DNA of 64,000 bases from an uncultured Armatimonadetes bacterium (GCA_963716175.1 OY970296.1:1600001-1664000); one strand, 5' to 3'; counted from the first letter of the stretch, positions 19,014 through 29,070 are shown. Numbers and translations are program-made. Notes: a model not told the origin generated them from the sequence alone.

Positions 19014-19362
19014 ACGGCAGGCGTGCTCGTCGAAGGGGAACGGCGCCCGAAGGCGCCGCCTTACCGGTCCCAGGTAGTGCGAGGGGTGAGCTGAGGCAAG
19101 CCCGGGACGCTCCCAGGACGGTCCTACGGGTCCTCGGCACCTACAGAGGATCCCGCCAGAACAAGGCTAGGGTGGTGCAACAGCGAAGTAATCACGACAC
19201 ACGGTCCTACGGGCGCCCAACACCCCCAGGAGGTCCCACGGAGGCAGGACTCAACTCTGGGACTTTCACCCCTTCTCGTGACGCCCGCCATGGCGTACAG
19301 TGCTCAGCGACGGTAGCCGATGAGCCCGGCCCAACACTTTCGGCCGGAGTGGAGGTGTCGCC

Positions 19363-20334
19363 ATGAAGGCCAGTCTAGCGCCTTGCCGTTTCCCTTTCGG
19401 CGTGGTTCGCTCTGCGCTGACGCTGGCTGTAGTTCTGCCGGCCGCGCTCTGCCTCGGAGGCTGCGGCCCTGTGCCAGAGACATCTTGGTCTCCGACAGAT
19501 CAGGAGATTGCCTACCTCGACAACGGCGCCCTCCGCATCCTGGACATGGCCACGAAACAGTCGCGGGCGCTCGACACCGGACCCGGCGCGGTCTGCTCTC
19601 CTTCCTGGTCTCCCGATGGCAAGACGATCGCCTTCTACTCGGCGGTGTTCGGCAAGGAGCCGAGCGTATCGTTGCGGGCCATTGATCTGTCCTCCGGCCA
19701 GGTGCGCACTCTTGCCTCGGACGTCTGGCCCTTACCCACTGAGGCAAGCGGCGGCACGACGCACCCGGGCCAGTCGCCCGAGGAGGCCCTCGAGGAGGCT
19801 CAGCGCGAGGAACTCTCCGGGCTGATGCTTTTCGGCACTATCCCTTGGAGCCCGGACAGCGCGCGCCTCGCCTGCTCGGCGGGGCCTATCAGCCCCGGCT
19901 CGCTGCTCGTCGTTGACGCGGCCACCGCCGCCGCGACTCCTATCACCCAGCACACGAAAGTGCCGGGCATGATGATGATGGCGGCCTGGTCCCCTGACGG
20001 CAAGCGAATTGCCTAGCTGCTGTGCCCGGGTGATCCGGCTGAGGCTCAGTCCGGGTCAGACGAGCCGCCGGGCAGCAACAGCTTCTGGGTGTACGACCTA
20101 ACAACCGGCGCCGCTGATCGGTTATACGATGTGCCGACCGATAGCTCGGGCGATACCTATGTGATCGGTCCGCGACTCGAATGGTCGGCCGACTCCACCC
20201 GGATCGGTTTCATCATGGAGGACGTTCACAATGAGGGGCGGGCGATCGCCTACACGATCGCGGCGGAGCCGGGGGCGACGGTGCGAGAGGAGATGCAGGG
20301 CATCACTCCCATTGTCCGTGTCAACCGGCCGTGA
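19363..20334 (+). pseudogene. TolB-like (PD40 repeat) lipoprotein, nonsense-interrupted and 3'-truncated
   Basis: LGGC lipobox-like motif, repeated WSPDG..IA motifs; in-frame TAG at 20014-20016 after which the frame continues (WSADSTRIGF) and runs into repeat copy 5. Confidence 0.7.
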
Positions 20335-20410
20335 AGCCGGCCTCGGGCACCCCCGACTCGGGCTGCCCTCTCGGCTTGGAGTCGCTGTCCGGGGGTTCGT
20401 CGCGTATGGG
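20312..20410 (+). repeat. Module-delimiting imperfect palindrome, copy 5
   Basis: TTGTCCGTGTCAACCGGCCGTGAAGCCG..GCACCCCCGACTCGGGCTG..TCGGCTTGGAGTC..CCGGGGG..GTCGCGTATGGG. Confidence 0.75.
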
Positions 20411-20513
20411 ATCTGGGGGAGGGAGGGGCTGAGCCCTGCGACACCTGACCAGACTGGGTGCCACACCCGGCCTGGCTACGTAGAGTCCCGAATGCCGTCT
20501 GCATCCTCCTGGC

Positions 20514-20541
20514 TTGACAGCTTCGACAGGCCGAGTATCCT
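20514..20541 (+). promoter_or_regulatory. sigma70-type promoter, possibly for a leaderless mRNA
   Basis: TTGACA-16bp-TATCCT ending 7 nt before ATG 20549. Confidence 0.45.
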
Positions 20542-20548
20542 CAGGCCG

Positions 20549-21745
20549 ATGACCGTCACCCGGCGCCACACGAAGCTGCGTGCCCTTGGCGCTGCCCTGG
20601 CCGTTTTGGCTGGCCTGAGCTTGGCGCCAGGTGCGACCAGTGTGTCCGGTCCCAGAGAGGATGCCTACGCCATGAGTAGTGCACCGAAGATGCGCTTCGA
20701 GCATCGCATCATCGATCCCGAGCCGCCACGCGATCCGCATATCAAGGCGGCCGGCGACATCGATGGCGACGGTAACCCCGATGTCGTCGTCGCCAGTAGT
20801 GACGGCGGCCCTCTGGTCTGGTACCGGAACCCGGACTGGAGCAGGCACGTGGTTCACCCTTCCGGGAAATGGAGCTGTTATGCCCGGGTTGTGGACATGG
20901 ACGGGGATGGCGATGCCGACATCCTGATCTCGGAGTGGTACACCCACAACCGATTGGAGTGGTACGAGAACCCCCGGCCGGACGGTGACCCCACCAAGGA
21001 CCCTTGGCACCAGCACATCATCGGGAGCCCGCGGGCTCACGATATCTGCAGCGGCGACATCGACGGCGATGGACAGATGGAGATCGCGACCCGCGCCCAA
21101 GGTGAGGACGGACGCGAGATCGTCCTCTGGAAGCGCGCCGGCGGCGGCTCGTGGTCGAGGCGCAGCCTCCCGTGTCCCGCAGGCGAAGGGCTGAGCATCG
21201 GCAGCATCGCCGGGGACGGGCGGCTGGATATCGTGATCGGCGGCCGCTGGTACGAAGCGCCGGAGGACATCATGGCCGGCCACTGGCAGGAGCATGTCTT
21301 CGCCGACTGGCCTGCGGACGCGGTAGTGGCGGTGGCCGATGTGGACAGGGAGGGCCGGGCGGACATCGTGCTCACCCGCTCCGAGGGCGCTCACCGTCTC
21401 TCGTGGTTTGGTGCGCCACCCGACCCAAAGCGCGGCCAATGGTCGGAGCACGTGGTGGACGATTCCGTGGACTTCGCTCACAGCCTGGTAGTGTGCGACA
21501 TTGACGGCGACGGTCAGCTCGACATCGTCACCGCCGAGATGCACCAGTCGCCGCGCAAGCGTGTCATGGTCTACCTGGGCGGTCGGAGGGGGACCGAATG
21601 GACACGGGAGGTCATCGCCGAGACGGGTTCGCATAACGTTTGTGTTGTCCGTCTGGGGGATACCGGAAGGATCGGCATCGTCGGGGCAAACTGGAGCGGC
21701 GGGTACCAGCCGCTTGAGCTGTGGGAACAGATAGCTGGTGGATAG
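20549..21745 (+). CDS. FG-GAP/VCBS repeat protein
   Basis: Signal peptide; repeated DIDGDG..D and WY.NP motifs; alternative start at 20672. Confidence 0.85.
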   Translation: MTVTRRHTKLRALGAALAVLAGLSLAPGATSVSGPREDAYAMSSAPKMRFEHRIIDPEPPRDPHIKAAGDIDGDGNPDVVVASSDGGPLVWYRNPDWSRHVVHPSGKWSCYARVVDMDGDGDADILISEWYTHNRLEWYENPRPDGDPTKDPWHQHIIGSPRAHDICSGDIDGDGQMEIATRAQGEDGREIVLWKRAGGGSWSRRSLPCPAGEGLSIGSIAGDGRLDIVIGGRWYEAPEDIMAGHWQEHVFADWPADAVVAVADVDREGRADIVLTRSEGAHRLSWFGAPPDPKRGQWSEHVVDDSVDFAHSLVVCDIDGDGQLDIVTAEMHQSPRKRVMVYLGGRRGTEWTREVIAETGSHNVCVVRLGDTGRIGIVGANWSGGYQPLELWEQIAGG

Positions 21746-21788
21746 GGCGGCCTCGGTTCCCCCCAACTGGGGTATAGCAAGGCGCGGC

Positions 21789-22931
21789 ATGCGATCGGCG
21801 GCAGTTGTGCTGCTGGCGCTGTGCGCGGCGGCAGCGCCCGGAGGAGGTTATGCGGTGGCTGGAGGTAAGCTCGCGTTCGAGCATCAGGTGGTGGACGCCG
21901 ACCCGCCCAGTGGGACCGGATGCTGCCTCGACGTTTGCGCATTGGGTGATCTCGACGGCGACGGCCGCACCGATATCGTGGTGGGCTCTCAGGAGTCGAT
22001 CGGGCTGGCCTGGTACCACAACCCGCACTGGAAGCGCTACCTCATCGGTCCGGGCGAGTTCACCACCGATGGTGAGGTCGCCGACATCGACGGGGACGGC
22101 AAGGCCGAGGTCATCGCGAGCTGCATGCAGCGCGATCAGATCGAGTGGTATGAGCGAGTCGGTGATCCGTTCCGCAGCGAGGGCTGGAAGCGTCATCGCA
22201 TCGGCGGCGGGTGGGCGCACGACCTGGCCGTCGGCGACATCAACGGCGACGGCCGCCTCGACGTGATCGCCTTCTCGAAATACGTCACCCCGCCGCACCT
22301 GGTGTGGTACGAGGCGCCGCCCGATCCGCGGAGCGAGTGGATCCGCCACCAGATCGACCAGCCCGCGGGCGAGGGGCTGGACGTGAGCGACCTCAATGGT
22401 GACGGCCATCTCGAGATTGTGGCAGGGCGGTACTGGTACCAGAATGTGGATGGTCGTGGCCTCAAGTGGGAGAAGCGCGAGCTAACGTCGGACTGGACCC
22501 ACGATTGCCGCGTCGTCATCGCCGACATGAATGGCGATAGGAGGCCCGACATCGTGCTGAGCTACTCCGAGGGCAAGGGCCGCCTCTCCTGGTTCGAGAA
22601 CCCGACCTGGCGCGAGCACCGCATCGATGCGGGGCCGCTGGAGGGGGCGCACAGCTTGGGGGTGGCCGACTTCGATGGAGACGGCAGGCTGGACGTGATG
22701 GCCGGGGAGATGCATAGCAGCAGCACGCGGCGCGTCCTGGTGTACCGGAACCTATCGCGCGGCGACAGGTGGCAGCGAATGGTGCTCGCGACCACCGGCA
22801 CTCACAACGCGCGGGTCGGCCGTCTGGCTCCTGGCGCGCTACCGGCCATCGTGGGGAAGAACTACGACGGTTCGAAGCAGGTCGAGATTTGGCAGGCGGT
22901 CACCGGGCCGGCTGGGGAGGTGCGGCGGTAA
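21789..22931 (+). CDS. FG-GAP/VCBS repeat protein (paralog of upstream gene)
   Basis: Signal peptide; DLDGDG, DINGDG, DFDGDG repeats; shares GEGL, AHSL, EMH, G.HN motifs with neighbour. Confidence 0.85.
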   Translation: MRSAAVVLLALCAAAAPGGGYAVAGGKLAFEHQVVDADPPSGTGCCLDVCALGDLDGDGRTDIVVGSQESIGLAWYHNPHWKRYLIGPGEFTTDGEVADIDGDGKAEVIASCMQRDQIEWYERVGDPFRSEGWKRHRIGGGWAHDLAVGDINGDGRLDVIAFSKYVTPPHLVWYEAPPDPRSEWIRHQIDQPAGEGLDVSDLNGDGHLEIVAGRYWYQNVDGRGLKWEKRELTSDWTHDCRVVIADMNGDRRPDIVLSYSEGKGRLSWFENPTWREHRIDAGPLEGAHSLGVADFDGDGRLDVMAGEMHSSSTRRVLVYRNLSRGDRWQRMVLATTGTHNARVGRLAPGALPAIVGKNYDGSKQVEIWQAVTGPAGEVRR

Positions 22932-22987
22932 TGCTCGCCGGCGTATGCGCGCGGACGAGCCACAGGCAGCGACGGGAGGAGCCAGTG

Positions 22988-24373
22988 ATGGTTATCGGAC
23001 CGATGGGATGGGGTGTAGCAGCCTGCCTGTTGGTGCTGCTCTGTGCCGGCGCCGCCACCGCGGGGCCCGCCGGGCTGCCACGGCTGAAGGTGAGTGAGAA
23101 CGGCCGCTTCCTGGTGACGGAGGAGGGAAAGCCCTTCTTCTGGCTCGGGGACACCGCCTGGCTGCTGTTCGCGCGGCTGAGCAAGGAGGAAGCCTGGCAC
23201 TACCTGAAGGCCCGTGCTGCACAGGGCTTCACGGTCATCCAGGCCATGACTGTGCCTTGGGATGCGCGGCACGTGCCGAACGCGGCCGGTGAGCTGGCCT
23301 TCCTCGACGGCGATCCCGCCAAGCCCAACGAGCGGTACTTCGCGCACGTGGACGCTGTGGTGGAGATGGCGGCTCGACTCGGCCTCTACATGGGCCTGCT
23401 GCCGACCTGGGGGGACGCCTGGAACCCGTGGGATGGAGGCACGGAGCTGCTCAGCCCGGAGAGCGCCGAGGTCTACGGGGAGTTCCTGGGCCGGCGCTAC
23501 CGGGACAGGCCGGTGATCTGGATCCTGGGCGGTGACCGGAACCCGGAGAACGAGCGCCACCGCGCCACCGTGCGGGCGCTGGCGAGAGGGCTGCGCCGGG
23601 GCGATGGCGGGCGTCACCTGATGACCTTCCACCCGAGCGGCTGGAGCAGTTCGTCGCGCTGGTTCCATGGGGATGACTGGCTGGCCTCGAATATGATGCA
23701 GAGCGGCCACTCCACGCGCAACGCGCGGAACTACGAGCTGATCGCGGCAGACTACGCGCGCACGCCCGCGAAGCCGTGTCTGGACGGGGAAGCGGACTAT
23801 GAGGATCATCCGGTAGACTGGAAGCCGGAGAACGGCTACTTCGACGACTATGATGTCCGGAAGACCGCCTACTGGGCGGTGTTTGCAGGTGCCCACGGGC
23901 ACACGTATGGCTGCAACGATGTCTGGCAGTTCTACAGGACGGGTGGCCAACCGGAGACCAACGCGCGCACGCCATGGCGGGAAGCGCTCCTGCTCCCAGG
24001 CGCGCGCCAGATGCATCACCTGCGCGCGCTGATGGAGTCGCGGCCGTTCCTCACGCGCGTCCCGGACCAGAGTCTGATTGTGGGGGCCGCCGGGGATGGG
24101 GCGCGCCATGTGCACGCCACCCGCGACGCGAGCGGCTCCTACGCGATGCTCTACGTGCCGACGGCTGGCCAGACGGTGACGGTGGACAGCAGCGAGCTGT
24201 CCGGGAAGCGGCTGAAGGCCTGGTGGTATGACCCGCGTACGGGGAAGGCCACCGCGCTCAAGGACGACTTCCTCGTCGGCGGGAAGCTGGAGTTCACCAC
24301 CCCGGCCGAGGGGCCGGACTGGGTGCTCGTGCTCGACGACGCGGCGAAGAGGTACCCGAAGCCCGGAAGCTGA
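22988..24373 (+). CDS. DUF4038/GH140 apiosidase-like glycoside hydrolase
   Basis: GKPFFWLGDTAW, GFTVIQ, LPTWG, IWILGGD, LMTFHP, QSGH, DGEADYE, GHTYG, C-terminal WYDPRTG..DWVLVL. Confidence 0.85.
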   Translation: MVIGPMGWGVAACLLVLLCAGAATAGPAGLPRLKVSENGRFLVTEEGKPFFWLGDTAWLLFARLSKEEAWHYLKARAAQGFTVIQAMTVPWDARHVPNAAGELAFLDGDPAKPNERYFAHVDAVVEMAARLGLYMGLLPTWGDAWNPWDGGTELLSPESAEVYGEFLGRRYRDRPVIWILGGDRNPENERHRATVRALARGLRRGDGGRHLMTFHPSGWSSSSRWFHGDDWLASNMMQSGHSTRNARNYELIAADYARTPAKPCLDGEADYEDHPVDWKPENGYFDDYDVRKTAYWAVFAGAHGHTYGCNDVWQFYRTGGQPETNARTPWREALLLPGARQMHHLRALMESRPFLTRVPDQSLIVGAAGDGARHVHATRDASGSYAMLYVPTAGQTVTVDSSELSGKRLKAWWYDPRTGKATALKDDFLVGGKLEFTTPAEGPDWVLVLDDAAKRYPKPGS

Positions 24374-24485
24374 TGAGTGCCGTCTGAGGTCCCAGCGCCA
24401 CCGGCTGGGGCATGCCCCAGCAACCGCTGACATAGGCGCCGACGTCTCGCAGGCCCCGGCCAAAGTCCGCCGCGCGACTCAGGGA

Positions 24486-24572
24486 GGCGGGCTGGACGGC
24501 GGCCCCATGCCCCCCCGACTCCGGCTACCGCTTCGGCTTGGAGTCAGTGGCCGGGGTGGCGTCGGGTGTGGG
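24486..24572 (+). repeat. Module-delimiting imperfect palindrome, copy 6
   Basis: CCCCGACTCCGGCTACCGCTTCGGCTTGGAGTCAGTGGCCGGGGTGGCGTCGGGTGTGGG. Confidence 0.7.
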
Positions 24573-24836
24573 AAGGGAGACCGGCTGCCGGCTCTGACTG
24601 CGACTGCATCCCTGGCCGGATTGCTCTGGAATCAGTGGCCAGCTTCGAGCGGAATCCGCAGATATGCCCAGCTGTGAACAGGAAGCGCGAAACGGTACTC
24701 ATGGGAGCAAGGATAGCACCGACTCAGCCGGGAAGGAGACCGCCCGGAAGTGCCCCGGATAGGGTTTCTGGGGAGGGCAAGGGGGTGCCGAAGCGATACC
24801 GAACCGACCCTCTATTGCTCAGGGAGGAGGTAGGAC

Positions 24837-25508
24837 ATGAAGCGACTCATTGCCGTGCTCATTGTGGTGGCGGCGATGGCCGTGCCCACCGCCGTGGTCG
24901 GCGGGGCGACGGCGCCGGCCGCCGGTCCGCAGGAGGTCACGCTTCCCGCGCCGGAGACCAAGGGAGGGATGTCGCTGAACGAAGCTCTGTCGCGCCGGCG
25001 TTCGGTACGCGGCTTCGACGCGAAGACCCTCGATCAGCAGCAGCTGGGGCAGTTGCTGTGGGCGACCCAGGGCATCACCGACCCGGCCACCGGGCACCGG
25101 ACGTCGCCCTCCGCGATGGCGATGTATCCGCTCACAGTGTACGTCTGCACGGCCGACGGCGTGTTCACCTACGAGCCGAAGGGCCACAAGCTGGTGCGCG
25201 TCTCCACCGAAGATCGGCGCGCCGATGTCACCCAGCCCCCGCGGGGAGGACAGCCGGCCCCGGTGAGCTTCGTGTTCACCGGTGACCCGAGCAAGTTCGG
25301 GTCGCGCCTCCCGGATCGGGCCGCCGCGTTCGTCTATCTGGAGGTCGGGCACGCGGCCGAGAACTTGGCCCTGGAGGCGACCGCGCTGGGGCTCGCAACC
25401 GTGACCCAAGGCGGCATCGACGCGGCGAAGGTGTCGAAGGCGCTCAACCTGCCGCAGGGCACGCTGGTAGTCTACACCATGCCCGTGGGCTATCCCGTCG
25501 CGCGGTAG
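24837..25508 (+). CDS. SagB/ThcOx-type nitroreductase family protein with signal peptide
   Basis: RRSVR, LLWATQG, RTSPSA..YP, EVGHAAENL.L.A.ALGL. Confidence 0.85.
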   Translation: MKRLIAVLIVVAAMAVPTAVVGGATAPAAGPQEVTLPAPETKGGMSLNEALSRRRSVRGFDAKTLDQQQLGQLLWATQGITDPATGHRTSPSAMAMYPLTVYVCTADGVFTYEPKGHKLVRVSTEDRRADVTQPPRGGQPAPVSFVFTGDPSKFGSRLPDRAAAFVYLEVGHAAENLALEATALGLATVTQGGIDAAKVSKALNLPQGTLVVYTMPVGYPVAR

Positions 25509-25684
25509 CAGGCACGCCCCCGGGACAAGGCGGCGCGGCAACCATCGGTGGCGGCAGGTTCTGCCTCGTGTCGTCCGGATTGCACCGCGAGCGCATGCTC
25601 GAGGATAGCCTATTCGCGACCTCCCGCTGCCATCTCGCGTGTTGCACCGAGCTGCCCATGCTGGTATCCATGACCCGTTCGCCC

Positions 25685-25825
25685 TTGACAACCCGCTCGG
25701 GTGGGGCTACGATCCGTCTGGCTGACGAGAGACAAAACAAGAGAGGTCGCAGGCTTACGCGCATCAGCCCTTGACGCGCCTGCTTCGCGCCACCCGAAGC
25801 ATCGGGTGGCGCGAGGCGGGCGCGT
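25685..25825 (+). promoter_or_regulatory. sigma70 promoter plus structured leader
   Basis: TTGACA-17bp-TACGAT (25685-25713); 24-bp hairpin 25774-25825. Confidence 0.55.
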
Positions 25826-25864
25826 TGTGTCCGGGGTGGGCCCTACTCGGGAGGGGATGAGGAG

Positions 25865-26971
25865 TTGACCGAGACGAGCTGGCCGGGACTCCATGGAAGC
25901 TGGATAACGCCGGAATCGGCGCTCCATGACTGGCGGGACCGGATCGCACGCGTGGAGGCCCAGGAGACGGCGCATTTCGCGAACCTGCCGTACGTGACGG
26001 GCGTGGCGGTCATCGGATCGGTGGGCCGCGGGACGCAGTGGCCGCTCTCGGACCTCGACCTGCTGGTGGTGGCTGACTTCTGGGAGGGCGAGGACCCAGA
26101 GTGGCTGATCCGACGCGAGGAAGAAGAGCGCATCAGGCGGCTGCACGCGGCCGGGATCCCGAACGACGTGGAGGCCGGCAACTGGGTGCTTACCACGGAT
26201 GAGGTCCGTGCCGCCATGGATGGGGACGATGACACGTTCCTGAAGACGCTCGACCATGGGCACTGGTTGGGGATCGCGATCAAGGCTGAGGGGGCGCGGG
26301 TGGCACTGGATTTCGATGGCTACGTGACTCGGTTCATCAGCAGATGCAATCGCATGCTGTGGACTGATCGCTTTGTGAAGCTGTGGCTGCGGCGGGCCGG
26401 GGAGGACGCGGAGGAGCGGGTCGAGGGGGCTCGAAGCCGCCTGCGAAACGGCGATGCCGCGGCGGCTTCGCTCGAGCTGATCCTCGCCGCCCAGGTGATG
26501 ACAGGGCCCATGTACGCGCTGTGGCGAAAGCTGCCGGAGAGCATCAGCAGAGGGGTGACGCGATTCCTCGCGGCGGCAGCAGAGATGCGCGAGCAGGAGG
26601 TCTCCTCACACTTCCTGTCAGCAGCGAGGTTGAGCGAGGATGAGGTGGGCGAACGGTTCGCAGCGACTCCACCGGCGGGACAGCGGGAGCGTGATGTGTG
26701 CCTCGCTATCCGTCGTGGGAATGGCGAGAGCCTGGACGCGTTAGGGGCCACCCGCGACCTGCTTCACATAAGCCTGTGGGTCGCCGTGATGCTCGACCGC
26801 AGTCTCTGCGCTCCGTATGCCCTGTGGACGGGCGTGACCGCGGACGAGCAGATCGTCCGCCGGCAGTTGGATGCTGCACAGGCGATGCTCGCGCGGCTGC
26901 AGAGGCCCAGGGCCGACCTGGAGGCAGCTGAGGGAGCTACTGAGCGGTCGCGCGGGACTGCGTCGGAATGA
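25865..26971 (+). CDS. Nucleotidyltransferase domain protein (KNTase-like)
   Basis: GSVGRG.....SDLDLLVV motif, helical C-terminus; GAGGAG before TTG. Confidence 0.65.
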   Translation: MTETSWPGLHGSWITPESALHDWRDRIARVEAQETAHFANLPYVTGVAVIGSVGRGTQWPLSDLDLLVVADFWEGEDPEWLIRREEEERIRRLHAAGIPNDVEAGNWVLTTDEVRAAMDGDDDTFLKTLDHGHWLGIAIKAEGARVALDFDGYVTRFISRCNRMLWTDRFVKLWLRRAGEDAEERVEGARSRLRNGDAAAASLELILAAQVMTGPMYALWRKLPESISRGVTRFLAAAAEMREQEVSSHFLSAARLSEDEVGERFAATPPAGQRERDVCLAIRRGNGESLDALGATRDLLHISLWVAVMLDRSLCAPYALWTGVTADEQIVRRQLDAAQAMLARLQRPRADLEAAEGATERSRGTASE

Positions 26972-27235
26972 CCTCGCGAAGATGGGCGATGTCAGCGCCG
27001 ATAGAGGCGTGTCTGAAGAGACCGATCACGGGATCTGGCCGTCGCCAACACTTGCAGGGGGTATTGGCTGTCCGTCCTATGGAGACACTAAGGACGGGCT
27101 CGCCATAGCTGTCGCGGAATCCTCGCCAGAGCCAGCGCGCGATCTCTCGAGGCAGAGCAGGCGACAGCCCGATGGGTGTCGAACGCGCACAGCGGCGAGC
27201 GCGCCATGGTCTGCGGCGGCTCGCCGGAGAGAGGG

Positions 27236-27961
27236 ATGCCAATCCTTTACATCATCGCAACTCCCATCGGCAACCTGGAGGACATAAGCTACCGCGCGGT
27301 GCGGGTGCTCGGAGAGCTTGAGGCGCTGGCCTGCGAGGACACGCGGCGCACGCGCATACTGCTGGATCGCTATCACATTCCCAGGCCGAAGAGGCTCTTC
27401 TCCTACCACGAGCACAATGAGAAGGAGGCCGCGGCGCGCATTCTCGGGCTGCTTGAGAAGGGCACGGCGCTAGGACTAGTGACGAAGGCGGGTTACCCTG
27501 GGGTGAGCGATCCCGGCTATCGGGTGATCTCGCAGGCGGTGGAGCGGGGGTTCCGGGTGGAGGTGCTTCCGGGCGCGGGAGCGGTGGAGGCGGCGCTGGT
27601 GCTGTCGGGCCTGCCCGGCGCCAGCTTCACGTTCAAGGGATTCCCTCCGAGAGGCGCGAGCAAGAGGCGGCGCTTTCTGGAGGCGGAGAAGGAGCTGCCG
27701 CACACTCTGATATTGTTCGAGTCTCCCCGCAGGTTCGCAGCGCTTCTGGCCGACGCGCTCGCGGTGCTGGGCGATCGGAAGGCGGCGGTGTGCATCGAGA
27801 TCACGAAGATGTTCGAGGAGGTGGCCCGGGGCTACCTCTCGGAGCTGGCCGAGAAGTTCCGGGGCACCACGATCAAGGGTGAAGTCACGGTGGTGATCGC
27901 GGGCAATAACCCGAAGTTCATGAAGCCGGAGGAGAAGGCGCGGGAGGCCGGCTCGCCATGA
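27236..27961 (+). CDS. rsmI: 16S rRNA C1402 2'-O-methyltransferase
   Basis: LYIIATPIGNLEDIS, ACEDTR, SYHEHN, SDPG, FESP. Confidence 0.93.
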   Translation: MPILYIIATPIGNLEDISYRAVRVLGELEALACEDTRRTRILLDRYHIPRPKRLFSYHEHNEKEAAARILGLLEKGTALGLVTKAGYPGVSDPGYRVISQAVERGFRVEVLPGAGAVEAALVLSGLPGASFTFKGFPPRGASKRRRFLEAEKELPHTLILFESPRRFAALLADALAVLGDRKAAVCIEITKMFEEVARGYLSELAEKFRGTTIKGEVTVVIAGNNPKFMKPEEKAREAGSP

Positions 27962-29066
27962 ATGAGCTGTGCACTGCAGATGGGAGGATTCGGCTCCCTG
28001 CATTCCTGCCGGACGCGACGAGGGGCGTTGTGCGCAGCCTCGATTCGGAGGACCTGGCCCGGGTGGGAGTCGAGGGGATCGTTGTGAACGTGCTTCATTC
28101 TCCTCCGACCCCGGTGCGTCGGTGATATCGGGCCTCGGAGGGATCGGCCGTTTCATGGGGTGGAAGGGTGTGGTGGCCTGCGATTCGGGAGGGTTTCAGG
28201 TCTACTCGCTGATCGCGCGTTCGGCCAAGATGGGAAGTGTGTCGGAGCGGGGGTTCAGCTACCGGCTTGGACAAGGGCAGAAGAAGGAGATGCTGACCCC
28301 GGAGAGGTGTATCGAGAGGCAGTTCCAGATCGCGGCCGATCTGATGTTCTGTCTCGACTACTGCACACACCCCGATGCGCCCGCAGATGTCCAGCGGGAG
28401 AGCGTGGAGTGGACGATCGCGTGGGCCAGAAGGTGTAAGGAGGAGTTCTCGCGACGGCTGGAGGGCGTGGCGTCGAGGGGACACAGGCCCATGCTCTTCG
28501 CGGTTGTCCAGGGAGGGGCGGACCGGGATCTTCGCAGGCGATGCGCGGAGGAGCTGCTGGAGATCGGCTTCGACGGGTATGGCTACGGGGGGTGGCCGGT
28601 GGATTCGAAGGGGTCGCTGGTGGAGATGGTGGAGTACGTCAGGGAACTAGTGCCGCGGGAGTTCCTGCTTCACGGGCTGGGGATTGGAAAGCCCGAAAGT
28701 GTGGTGCGCTGCGCCAAGATAGGCTATCAGCTTTTCGACTGCGTGCTGCCGACGCGGGATGCGCGGCACGGCAGGCTTTACGTCTCGACCGACGGCTTTG
28801 CAGACCTCACCGCGGAAGATGGATCCTGCTACGAGTACTTGTACATCCGGGATGACAGATACCGGAGGGACGAACGTACGCTGGAGGAGGGCTGTGACTG
28901 TCCAGCATGCGGCAGCCATTCACGCTCTTACCTGCGGCATCTCTTCGAGATTGGGGACGCGGCGGGGTGGAGGCTGGCCACACTTCACAACCTGCGGTTC
29001 TACGCGCGGCTGATGGAAAAGCTGCAGTCACAGCGGGACCGCGGGGGAGGGCCGCAGAGCGGGTGA
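27958..29066 (+). CDS. tgt: tRNA-guanine transglycosylase (single-base frameshift near 28099, probably sequence error)
   Basis: ATG 27958 frame gives LPAFLPDATRGVV..VVNVLH; second frame gives DSGGFQ, VVQGG, FDCVLPTR, CDCPAC..HNL. Confidence 0.85.
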
Positions 29067-29070
29067 AGAG

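Noticed and set aside
20014-20016. In-frame TAG as pyrrolysine or programmed readthrough
   Set aside because: The position corresponds to Tyr/Phe in the other repeats (EIAY, TIAF), so TAC/TAT to TAG is simpler; the gene is also truncated and no pyl genes are visible
20320-20481. HEARO/omega-RNA-like words GTCAAC..TGACCAGACT..GCTACGT
   Set aside because: Present in only one repeat copy, spacing looks too long and no IscB/RRXRR ORF follows; an Infernal scan would settle it
20321-24463. Long antisense ORFs (20321-21790, 22862-24463; likewise 37519-38754, 42525-43979, 55382-56824)
   Set aside because: Shadow frames of real genes in high-GC DNA; no recognisable motifs
10093-24572. Classical integron attC array or CRISPR array
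   Set aside because: No RYYYAAC/GTTRRRY boxes, no intI; spacing is kilobases with whole genes and repeats are diverged; no cas genes
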